A stretch of DNA of 64,000 bases, taken from the NCBI GenBank assembly GCA_965243025.1, contig CBDETY010000003.1, forward strand, positions 32,001-96,000, read 5' to 3'. This document shows positions 47,275 through 55,472 of this stretch, in pieces; the stretch's first letter is position 1, and each line of letters begins with the position of its first letter. The stretch comes from Candidatus Latescibacterota bacterium. Lineage in GTDB: Bacteria > Latescibacterota > UBA2968 > UBA8231. The translations under genes and the position numbers were made by a program. The notes under the pieces are model-generated. The model was not told the DNA's origin. It saw only the letters and a list, made by a program, of their open reading frames with translations, and did not search any database.

Positions 47275-50200
47275 TCAGATTCCCAGTACCGCGCGGGGGT
47301 CCCTGCCTGCCAGTCCGGCGGCGCGGCCCTCGTAGCCCTGCCGGGCTTCGTCGCCGATGGCGCGCCAGATCAGGAACTGCTTTCGCAGGTCGTTGAAGAA
47401 GGCATAGTTCTTGCGCAGCCAGCTTTCGCGGTCGCCGGAAACCCGGCTCGCCTGCACCTCGACCTCGTAGACGTCCTCCTGGCCGGGGACGGCCTGCAGC
47501 TCGAGCCGCTGGCTCACATTCAGGTCGAAGGGAGCCAGCCAGACCTGCAGGCCGACCGCGTGCACCGCTCCGCCGGGTGTGTCGAGGCGCTCGTAGCGGG
47601 CATCCCGGGTGTAGAAGGCGGCCCCCACGGTCTGCTCTTCGTGCAGGGCGAAATACTCCGTGAGGTAGGCCATCAGGCCGGCGACGTCCGCCTGCCGCAC
47701 GGTGACCGGGATCGTCATCGACAGCTCGTCTCCCACCGCCGGGGGCAGGATCCACTTGCGCTGCACCGCCGAGGCCGCAACCCGGAAGGCCAGGCTCGCC
47801 GGATACAGGCTGGAGAGCAGCACCATGGCCATCACCAGGGCGATGCTGTAGACGACCGACAGCGAGGAGTAGTTGAGGGTCAGCCCGGAAACCAGGTCGA
47901 AGGAAGAGACCACGGTCGACACCAGCTGGCCCGCCAGGTATCCCAGCACCGCTCCGAAACTCGCATACACCGCGGCTTCGGCGACGAACAGACCGGCCAC
48001 GTGCAGCGGCGACAGCCCCACCGCGGTGTAGGTGTTGATCTCCTCCCGCCGCTCGTACACGGAGCCCAGCATCGTGTTCAGCACGATCAGGGCCCCGATG
48101 ACCAGCGGTACTATGATGTTGCTCAGACCGCCCACCGACTGCAGATCCACCGCGTTCAGCAGGTAGCGCCGGCCATCGATGCCCGCGGTCATGTTGACCG
48201 CCAGCCCCGCCATCCAGTCCTCGATCGCCCTGCCGACGGCTGCGGCGCTGGCAAAGCCGATGGCGACGGAGCGGATGCTTCCCCCCCAGCGGCGCGCCAC
48301 CGCGTAGGGCACGACGACCGCCTGCTCGGCGGCGAGGTGGACGAAGCTGACCTCTTCTCCCGACAGGGCGCGCTCGGCGGCCCCCCCGGTCTTCTCCGGC
48401 GGCTGCGTGGCATCGGGATCCAGCGGCGTCAACGGCGCGTTGCCGAGGTCCAGCAGATTGTCGAACAGCCCTTCGTCCAGCAGCCCGACGACGGTGAAGA
48501 CCTCCCCGGAGATCACCACCCGCGCGATACCCGCGTCGGCCGCCCCGATACGCAGCTGGCGCGCGAGGCGCAGCGGCAGGATGCAGACCTGCTCCTCGCC
48601 CGGCTCGAACCAGCGGCCGGCGTACAGGGCGCGCTGGGGGGCGGTCAGCGCCGCCTCCTGCGCCGTCAGTCCGAGGACCGCCATCGCCGTGCCGGCCCGG
48701 TCGCGCCGGTCCAGCCGTTCGACCCGGACCCTGCTCTGCGGCGCGACGCCCGCCACCCCCTTCGCCGTGCCGTCGAACCAGGCCCGCGGGCTCACGATCT
48801 GCTCCCGGAACTGGTTGGCGATGCCGGCATGGATCCCTTCGTTCACCGGTGCCCAGCCCACCTGCCGCACCAGCAGTCCGTCGTAGAGGGCAGGGCCCTG
48901 TGCCGGCACCTGGTTGAAGCCCAGGAAGGTCTTTACCGAGGTGAAACCCAGCACCGAGAACGTCACCAGGACGATCGTCGACATCGCCAGCAGGGTGCGC
49001 AGCGGCCGGCGCCGCATGTTGTTGATGCCCAGGTCGAAGGCGCTCCAGACGGCCCCCGAGCGGTCCATGTCCGCCCGGTGCACCCCGCCCACGCGGCTCA
49101 TCATCCTCCGGATCTGTCGCTGCATCCTGGTCAGACCGATGCGGATCACCAGTACGCTGAGGGCGAAGATGATGAAGCCGAGCAGGATGATGCCGGGGTT
49201 GAGCGCCAGGTCGAAGGCGGGGTGGACCCACCTCAGGATCCCGAAGGCCGCCAGGAAGAACGCGGCAAGTCCCAGCAGCTGCCGCCTGATGGTCGCCCCG
49301 GCCAGCAGCAGCCGTTCGCCGAACCAGGCGAAGGGGATCAGCAGCGCCATGTAGAAGAGCACTCCCTTGACCACGTCGCCGGTCGTGCCGTGCACGTCGA
49401 GGTAGGCTCGGCTGGCGTAGGTCCAGGAGCGGCGGGCCATCTCGCCGAAGCGGTCGTACTCCTTCTTCTCCAGCGCCTTCCCGGCTTCGTCCAGGTAGTC
49501 CAGCGCCCGGTCGTGCAGGTTCCGCAGGCGCTCGTTGCGCACCCCGTGCCGCCGCAGGTTGTCGATGCGGCTGTCGTTCAGCAGACTGATGTCCCTCGCC
49601 ACCCGGTAGGCGGTATGGGTCAGGCGCGTCTGCCGGGAGACCGGGAAGCCCTCCCCGATCGCCGTTTCAGGAGAGCTGTTGAGGAGCAGAAGGCGGTTGC
49701 CCAGGCCGTAGAATCCCCAGGTCATGGCGATCTTCATCCGCGTCCCGGGCGGGGCGAAGACTGTCACGCAGGGTTCGACCAGCGAATCCAGTTTCTTCTG
49801 CACCCATCTGGCATTGTAATCGAAACGAACCCCCGCCTCGCGGTCGTTATACGGATACAGCGGCAGGGTGTAGCCGAATTCGACCGGCTGCACCTCGCGC
49901 CCCTCCTCCAGCACCGACAGGCTGTTCAGCACATCCAGATAGCGGTGGTCGAGCGCTTCGAAGAGGGTCATCCCGTCGGCCTCGAAGAGCACGACGCTGA
50001 CTTCTTCGCGCTTGCGGTCCAGATCGAGCTCCAGCGGGTAGCGCTCGGCCCCGTTGACCCCCAGGTCCGCGACATGGTCGACCGAACCATCGACGGGATC
50101 GAGGTGATACGCTTCCAGCTTCACCGGCACCATTCCGGAAAAGGAGGCGGCGCGGATTACCCCGGGCATGAGGAAACGGCCGTGGCGGTCGGCCATGGCC

Positions 50201-52284
50201 AGGAACTCGGTGCGCACCCCGACGAGGGTCTTGGCGGGCAGGCGCAGGCGCACCAGGGAATGGGGTACCGGCGCGTCAGGGACGAAGCCGGTGTGCGGAT
50301 CGAAGTAGACGGTCCGGCCTTCGACGTAGCCGAAGAAGTCGGACTCGCCGCGGGCGATCATGGCGATCCGCGGATCGTCGGCGGCTTCGCGCAGGAACGG
50401 CAGGAGGAACTCCGCCTGGCGGCCCAGGCGCGAAAGGTCGAGCCCGGCGGCGCGGTCCAGGGGCGTGTCGAAGGCGGAACGGGTGTCCGCCAGGGTGGCC
50501 AGGGTCGCGGTGAGGAACCCCCAGGCGTTCAGGGGGCCGCCGTTGAACGGGAGGGGCTCGTGGTGGCCCCCCAGGACCAGCCGCCCGCGCTCGAACTGGA
50601 TGCCGTCGAAGAACAGCGGCGGTTGGCCGAAGCCGGCGGCCGCCAGTGTTTCCTCGACCCGTTTGCCGGCCGCCATGACCCGTTCGTAGAACGGGGAATC
50701 GCCATGGGTATTGCGGTTGTGGGCCCAGCCCGGCCCGAAATCATAGAAGCCGCCGCCCCCGAAGATGCCGACCCGGTCTCCCCCCGCCGACAGATCCAGC
50801 CCCAGGCAGGCGTCGAGGCGGTAGCGGTCGAGCACCGCCAGAAACCGGCCCTGCCCATCGACGACACGCAGCTTCTGCCGGAGATCCCTCATCTCCTCCG
50901 CCAGGCGCCGGCGCAGCACTTCCACCAGGGCGGGTGAGCGAAACAGGGACTCCATCTCCGCGGCGGTTTCGATCCAGCGCAGGGGGCGCGCCACCTCGAG
51001 CATGGCTTCCAGGCGAACGCGTTCGGCTTCCTCCAGCTCCCCTTCGAGCCTGTTTTCCTGCCCGGCAACAACGCGGGCGGCGTTGTCGGCGAGCTCTTCG
51101 ACGAGGCGGGGGAGGCTCTCCGTCCCCGGCGGCAGGGAACCGCCATCCTCCAGATAAGCGGTGAACTGCTCCAGCAGGCGCAGCCGCCCGGTGAGGCGGC
51201 TACGGCGCTGCGCCAGCCCTCGCTGCCCTCCGTCCATCAGGGCAACCAGCTGGCGCATGCCGATCAGCGCCTGGAAGTGGCCGCCGCTGGCGACGAAAAC
51301 CACGGTGCGCGCCGGCGGCCGGGCGGCAAACTCCCGGGCGGCCTCCAGCAGCACCGCCACACCCGACGCCGCCCCGGCCCCGGGAGCACGGGCCGGCACC
51401 ACCGAGGCGGCGTCGTAGTAGGCCTCCAGCACGAGGGCGTGGTCCCTGAGCTCGGGGTCGCTCCCCTCCACGACGCCGAGGATGTGGCGGCCAAGGGCGT
51501 TCGCCCAGTCCATGCGGGCGGTGAGATGGACCGGCTGGCCGAGGTGGTTTTTCAGGGTTTCCCCGGCCCGGCGCGGCACCCAGAACCGCGGCAGGTCGGC
51601 CGGCACCGAGAGGAATTTCTGTTCGGCCTCGGTGCGGTTCGGCTTTTCGGGCTCCAGAAACAGGACCGCCGAGGCCCCCAGGTCGAAGGCGTTTATCCAG
51701 TTCATCCCGGAATCGAACTCCATCAGCACCAGCTGCCCGGCGACGTCGAGTCCGTTGAAAGCCGACAGCTCGCCATGGCCGCCGTAGACCAGCCGGCCGC
51801 TGATGCCGCCCGGAGGCAAGGTGGGCGTGCGCACCAGGTTGGGCCACAGGCAGAACAGCTCGACCGCCGGACCGTCCGGCTGCACCACCAGGCGCGCGCC
51901 CCGGTCGAGCGGCACCGGCAGCTCGAACGGCATGGCGGTCACCGACTGCAGGCCGATCCGGCGGAACCGGTCTTCGATCCAGGCGGCGGCGCTGTCAGCG
52001 CCGGGATAGCCGGTTACGCGGGAAGGGTAGCCGGAAAGGGTCGCGATCGCGCGCCGCAGGCGCTCCAGGTCGACGCCGCTCCTGGCGGCGGAGCCGGCGT
52101 CGGCGGAAATGCGCGGCGCAGCGGTATCCGGGAAGGACCGGAAGGAAAACGGGAAATCGGCGAAGTAGAAGTGGAGAAGCGATGCGAGGGCGGCTGCGGA
52201 CGCCAGCGCCGCGGGCCAGGCCCATGGGAAACCCGCCGGCGGGCGCTGCGGATCGTCCCCTTCCCGGGATCCGGAGTTGTGCAC
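47275..52284 (-). CDS. 1669-aa membrane protein: PA + degenerate M28 peptidase domain, central TM bundle, FtsX/MacB-type permease C-terminus
   Basis: SRVTGYPG, PA motif GRLVYGG...VAGQLVL, M28-like SGVAVLLE, NMRRRPLRT and FtsX motif VYERREEI...AVGL. Confidence 0.75.
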   Translation of the reverse strand: MHNSGSREGDDPQRPPAGFPWAWPAALASAAALASLLHFYFADFPFSFRSFPDTAAPRISADAGSAARSGVDLERLRRAIATLSGYPSRVTGYPGADSAAAWIEDRFRRIGLQSVTAMPFELPVPLDRGARLVVQPDGPAVELFCLWPNLVRTPTLPPGGISGRLVYGGHGELSAFNGLDVAGQLVLMEFDSGMNWINAFDLGASAVLFLEPEKPNRTEAEQKFLSVPADLPRFWVPRRAGETLKNHLGQPVHLTARMDWANALGRHILGVVEGSDPELRDHALVLEAYYDAASVVPARAPGAGAASGVAVLLEAAREFAARPPARTVVFVASGGHFQALIGMRQLVALMDGGQRGLAQRRSRLTGRLRLLEQFTAYLEDGGSLPPGTESLPRLVEELADNAARVVAGQENRLEGELEEAERVRLEAMLEVARPLRWIETAAEMESLFRSPALVEVLRRRLAEEMRDLRQKLRVVDGQGRFLAVLDRYRLDACLGLDLSAGGDRVGIFGGGGFYDFGPGWAHNRNTHGDSPFYERVMAAGKRVEETLAAAGFGQPPLFFDGIQFERGRLVLGGHHEPLPFNGGPLNAWGFLTATLATLADTRSAFDTPLDRAAGLDLSRLGRQAEFLLPFLREAADDPRIAMIARGESDFFGYVEGRTVYFDPHTGFVPDAPVPHSLVRLRLPAKTLVGVRTEFLAMADRHGRFLMPGVIRAASFSGMVPVKLEAYHLDPVDGSVDHVADLGVNGAERYPLELDLDRKREEVSVVLFEADGMTLFEALDHRYLDVLNSLSVLEEGREVQPVEFGYTLPLYPYNDREAGVRFDYNARWVQKKLDSLVEPCVTVFAPPGTRMKIAMTWGFYGLGNRLLLLNSSPETAIGEGFPVSRQTRLTHTAYRVARDISLLNDSRIDNLRRHGVRNERLRNLHDRALDYLDEAGKALEKKEYDRFGEMARRSWTYASRAYLDVHGTTGDVVKGVLFYMALLIPFAWFGERLLLAGATIRRQLLGLAAFFLAAFGILRWVHPAFDLALNPGIILLGFIIFALSVLVIRIGLTRMQRQIRRMMSRVGGVHRADMDRSGAVWSAFDLGINNMRRRPLRTLLAMSTIVLVTFSVLGFTSVKTFLGFNQVPAQGPALYDGLLVRQVGWAPVNEGIHAGIANQFREQIVSPRAWFDGTAKGVAGVAPQSRVRVERLDRRDRAGTAMAVLGLTAQEAALTAPQRALYAGRWFEPGEEQVCILPLRLARQLRIGAADAGIARVVISGEVFTVVGLLDEGLFDNLLDLGNAPLTPLDPDATQPPEKTGGAAERALSGEEVSFVHLAAEQAVVVPYAVARRWGGSIRSVAIGFASAAAVGRAIEDWMAGLAVNMTAGIDGRRYLLNAVDLQSVGGLSNIIVPLVIGALIVLNTMLGSVYERREEINTYTAVGLSPLHVAGLFVAEAAVYASFGAVLGYLAGQLVSTVVSSFDLVSGLTLNYSSLSVVYSIALVMAMVLLSSLYPASLAFRVAASAVQRKWILPPAVGDELSMTIPVTVRQADVAGLMAYLTEYFALHEEQTVGAAFYTRDARYERLDTPGGAVHAVGLQVWLAPFDLNVSQRLELQAVPGQEDVYEVEVQASRVSGDRESWLRKNYAFFNDLRKQFLIWRAIGDEARQGYEGRAAGLAGRDPRAVLGI

Positions 52285-52296
52285 CTCGACAAAGGC

Positions 52297-52737
52297 TCAG
52301 GGTCCGACTTGCACCGAGTCCGGCTCGGACGGCGGCCCCTGGAAGAGGTTCCGGTCGTAGGCGCGGACGCGGGCCAGCAGCCAGGCGCCGGTCTCTCCCT
52401 CATCGGCGGCGATACCGTCCGTGTCGAGACCGCTCGACGTGAAGCTGCGCACGTCGGCTCCCTCGACGGCGCGCTCGTACACGGGGTTGCCGCGGTGGCT
52501 CAGGGTGACGAGGAACCCGTGCGCGTCGGAAACCGCTTCCATCTCCCACGTCACCCGCACCTCGCCCGTTTCCGTCCACGCCGCCTGCACCCGGACCGGG
52601 GGCTCGAGATTCTGGTGGAACGAGGTGACCGGCTCGTGGTCCTTGTCGCAGCCGGCGAGCAGCGCGATAGCGGCCAGCGCCGCCGGAACGGCTCGCCGCA
52701 GCAGGGCGCCTGCGCGCGCAATTGCGCAACCAGCCAC
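52297..52737 (-). CDS. Lipoprotein with an FN3/Ig-like domain
   Basis: Lipobox LLAGC; PVRVQA...VTW...VRAYD...SEP pattern. Confidence 0.65.
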   Translation of the reverse strand: MAGCAIARAGALLRRAVPAALAAIALLAGCDKDHEPVTSFHQNLEPPVRVQAAWTETGEVRVTWEMEAVSDAHGFLVTLSHRGNPVYERAVEGADVRSFTSSGLDTDGIAADEGETGAWLLARVRAYDRNLFQGPPSEPDSVQVGP

Positions 52738-54032
52738 TATTCAGCCGCCCGGAAGACGAAGGGATAGACCACCGTGACCTCCTGGGTGGAAGCCCGGCGC
52801 TGGAGGGCCTGAGAGGCAGCGACCGCACTCTGGCGGGAGGGGCCGGCGCCGCCCACCTCGTCGGTCTCTCCTCCCGTTGTGCCCTCGACACCCGGCAGGG
52901 GGGCCTCGGCCATCCCCTCCCCCGCGGTCCGGAAGCGCCAGGCCGACACCCGCTCCGCCACACATGAACCCACCTCGTCGTTGGCCACGCTCGCCTCGAC
53001 GACCTCGGAGCGCCCCACCAGCCCGCTGGGAGCGATGGTGAACTCGATCACCACCTCGCCCGCCACCGCCTCGCCGGCGTCGAACCGCTGGCTGAAACAG
53101 CTGTTCACTTCACCGAGGCGGGACCTCGCCATGGCGTTAACCGCGGCTGCGGTCCGGGTGGGGTCCCCGGGTACGTTGCCGGTAATGCTCCGCGGCCCAT
53201 CCGCCGTCGCCTCGGTCGTCGCCGTCTCGACCTCCTGCCGGTCCCGGGTCCTCTCCGCCACTTCGATACGTCGATGGAAGTCGAAGGGGATGTCCAGCGT
53301 CTCCAGGGGGCGCCCGAAGCTGTCGAACCTGGTGACGAAATCCACGAGCACCAGACGCACCTTCTCCGCCTCCGGGCGCGGAACGTCGAATGCTATCAGT
53401 CCGCCGTAGTCGTCCCCCTTGAAGACCGGTTCGTCGCGGCCGTAGTAGGTGCTGCGCACCACGCCCATGCGGTAGTCGAAACGGTAGTACTCGTTGCCGC
53501 TCTGTCCGCGACGCGACCGGTAGTAGCGCTCGAAGCTGTTGCCATAGGGAGAAGAGAGAGCGGAAACGCCATACGCGTGGAAGAGCTCCCCCATGTCGGT
53601 CTTCAGTACCGCTTCGGTGGGGCTCAGCTCCACCTTGGCGTAGGTGTAGTTGTGCACCGAGATCTCGAAGCAGACGAAGCGGACGGGAGTATGGCCGAGA
53701 CCGGGATCCACCCAGTCGCCGTAGGTGTATGGATTGGTCGAGTGCTCGCCCTGGGACGACTCGTCGGGATAGCGCCGGTTCAGCTCCTCGTCCGCAAGCG
53801 GGCGCACATCTATACGCAACCCTTCCAGACGGAAGGAGACCTGGCCGCTCTCGTCCACCTCGTAAACCCCCAGGCCGGTCTCCAGTTGTTTCCCGGAGAT
53901 CGCCGAAGTCAGGGAGGAGCGGTAGTCGAAGCTCCTGGGGAACAGGGAACAGCCATCCATCAGCACCGACAGGCTCAGGGCGACCGCAGCCGTCGGCCAC
54001 AGCCGCCCGCGCCTCCAGAGTCGCTCAGCCAT
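52737..54032 (-). CDS. Putative lipoprotein with C-terminal TonB-C-like (AgmX/PglI-type) domain
   Basis: Leader ending in LMDGC; C-terminal CF...GEVVIEFTIAPSGLV...CVAERVSAWRF...VTVVYPFVF. Confidence 0.7.
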   Translation of the reverse strand: MAERLWRRGRLWPTAAVALSLSVLMDGCSLFPRSFDYRSSLTSAISGKQLETGLGVYEVDESGQVSFRLEGLRIDVRPLADEELNRRYPDESSQGEHSTNPYTYGDWVDPGLGHTPVRFVCFEISVHNYTYAKVELSPTEAVLKTDMGELFHAYGVSALSSPYGNSFERYYRSRRGQSGNEYYRFDYRMGVVRSTYYGRDEPVFKGDDYGGLIAFDVPRPEAEKVRLVLVDFVTRFDSFGRPLETLDIPFDFHRRIEVAERTRDRQEVETATTEATADGPRSITGNVPGDPTRTAAAVNAMARSRLGEVNSCFSQRFDAGEAVAGEVVIEFTIAPSGLVGRSEVVEASVANDEVGSCVAERVSAWRFRTAGEGMAEAPLPGVEGTTGGETDEVGGAGPSRQSAVAASQALQRRASTQEVTVVYPFVFRAAE

Positions 54033-54044
54033 ATCCCCTGCCCT

Positions 54045-55310
54045 TCACCGGCTCGCGGAATGCTCGTAGAAGTCGATGTGCTGCTGCGCTATCGAACCCT
54101 GCTGGGTCAGGGCGAAGACGACCATGTTGACCCCCATCTTCAACTGCGGCTCGTTCTCGTACTCCCGCTCCCAGTACTTGCCGTAGGCCTTGTCGGAGTA
54201 CACGGCCACCAGCCGGTCGCCCAGATAGATCCCCTCGAGGAAGTGAACGGGCTTGGATACGGCGTGCTGGATGCCGCGGGTGTCGCCCGTCAGCACACCC
54301 CTTCTTTCCCCGGACACGAGGGCCTTCCGGCTGACTTCCTCTCCCGGGGGCGGTCCGTCGAAGTCGAAGAAACAGTGGTATATGGGATGATCGTTGGGAA
54401 GGTTCCGGAAACGCGCCTTGTTGCCCAGCACCTGCTTGAACATCTTGCGCAGGGAGGCCTCGCCAGGCCCGTACTCCAGCTCTGCGACCCCGTTGTCGGC
54501 GAGGATGAACCCCCCGCTCTCGAGGTAGCGGCGCAGGCTCTCGATCTCCTTCTCGGTGATCTCGAAGGCGTCGTCGGCGGTGATGTACACGAACGGGGTC
54601 TCGAGCAGTTCGCTGGAGTCGATGAAGAGGTGGTTGTCGACGCGCGCCTCGATGCCGGTGTACCGGTTCATCGCCTCCACCAGCTTCGGAACGGCTCTGG
54701 GCGCATTCGGTTCGAGGTCCGTCCCCCAGGCCAGCGCCAGGTGGACGAATCCCTTGATATCCTGCCTGTTCTGCGGATCCTGGATCACCAGCGCCTTGTA
54801 CTTGCCCGTGTCCAGGGCGCGGACGTCGATGAACTCCTCCTGCATGCTGATCCGCTTCCCCGGTTCCTTGAAGCTGGCGACCTGCGCCGCGCTGTGGGCA
54901 GGCATCACCACCTCGTCACCGAGGGCGGCCCCGTCCTCCACGGAATAGGAAACCGTGGCCACCGTGCCGAAGACGTCGGGCCGGTCGATCCGCTTGCTCA
55001 GGGTGCGCACCTGCTCGGGCCTGGCGGTTGAGACCCTGCGCGTCATCACCCTCTGGGGCACCCGCTTCTTCTTCAACTCGAAGGGTTTCGTCATGCGCGG
55101 CTGGCGCACGAGGAACTCCACGGTCTGCGGCTTGGGCACGGGCTCTTCCCGCTGACTGAGCGTCAGGTAGAGTGCCATCCCCAGGTGGCAACCCAGGGCG
55201 ATCCCCAACCCCAGGTAGAGAAACTTGCGCGATCTGCGCCTGAGCAGGCGCAGATCGAGCCGGTCTGACGGTGTGGAAAAACGCTCTTCGCGCCGGGGAC
55301 GTGAAGTCAT
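54045..55310 (-). CDS. DUF4159-domain protein with N-terminal membrane anchor
   Basis: TM segment with His (ALGCHLG), PFVYIT, LRRYLESGGFILAD, HPIYHCFF, LEGI and KMGVNMVVFALT. Confidence 0.78.
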   Translation of the reverse strand: MTSRPRREERFSTPSDRLDLRLLRRRSRKFLYLGLGIALGCHLGMALYLTLSQREEPVPKPQTVEFLVRQPRMTKPFELKKKRVPQRVMTRRVSTARPEQVRTLSKRIDRPDVFGTVATVSYSVEDGAALGDEVVMPAHSAAQVASFKEPGKRISMQEEFIDVRALDTGKYKALVIQDPQNRQDIKGFVHLALAWGTDLEPNAPRAVPKLVEAMNRYTGIEARVDNHLFIDSSELLETPFVYITADDAFEITEKEIESLRRYLESGGFILADNGVAELEYGPGEASLRKMFKQVLGNKARFRNLPNDHPIYHCFFDFDGPPPGEEVSRKALVSGERRGVLTGDTRGIQHAVSKPVHFLEGIYLGDRLVAVYSDKAYGKYWEREYENEPQLKMGVNMVVFALTQQGSIAQQHIDFYEHSASR

Positions 55311-55408
55311 GCGAACTCTGACCGGTGACTGTCTTGGCGCTGGCGCGGGAACAGGTCGGCGGAACAGCCGCTGAAAGCGGTCGCCGCTTTCCGTTCCGGA
55401 GGAAATGG

Positions 55409-55450
55409 GGTCCGGGTGCGCGCCCCGCAGCTGAGACGCGCACCCGGACC
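55409..55450 (-). terminator. GC-rich hairpin (terminator or mRNA-stabilising stem)
   Basis: Perfect 14-bp inverted repeat GGTCCGGGTGCGCG/CGCGCACCCGGACC just after the stop at 55473, with only a weak U-tract; a second hairpin lies at 55373-55391. Confidence 0.6.
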
Positions 55451-55472
55451 TGGAGCCGGAGAGTCTGCCTGC

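Noticed and set aside
45094-50937. 1947-aa plus-strand ORF and many other long overlapping ORFs (e.g. 22722-25559, 10047-12710, 57551-59803, 62456-63961)
   Set aside because: Antisense or alternate-frame shadows of real genes in high-GC DNA; no motifs and biased low-complexity composition.
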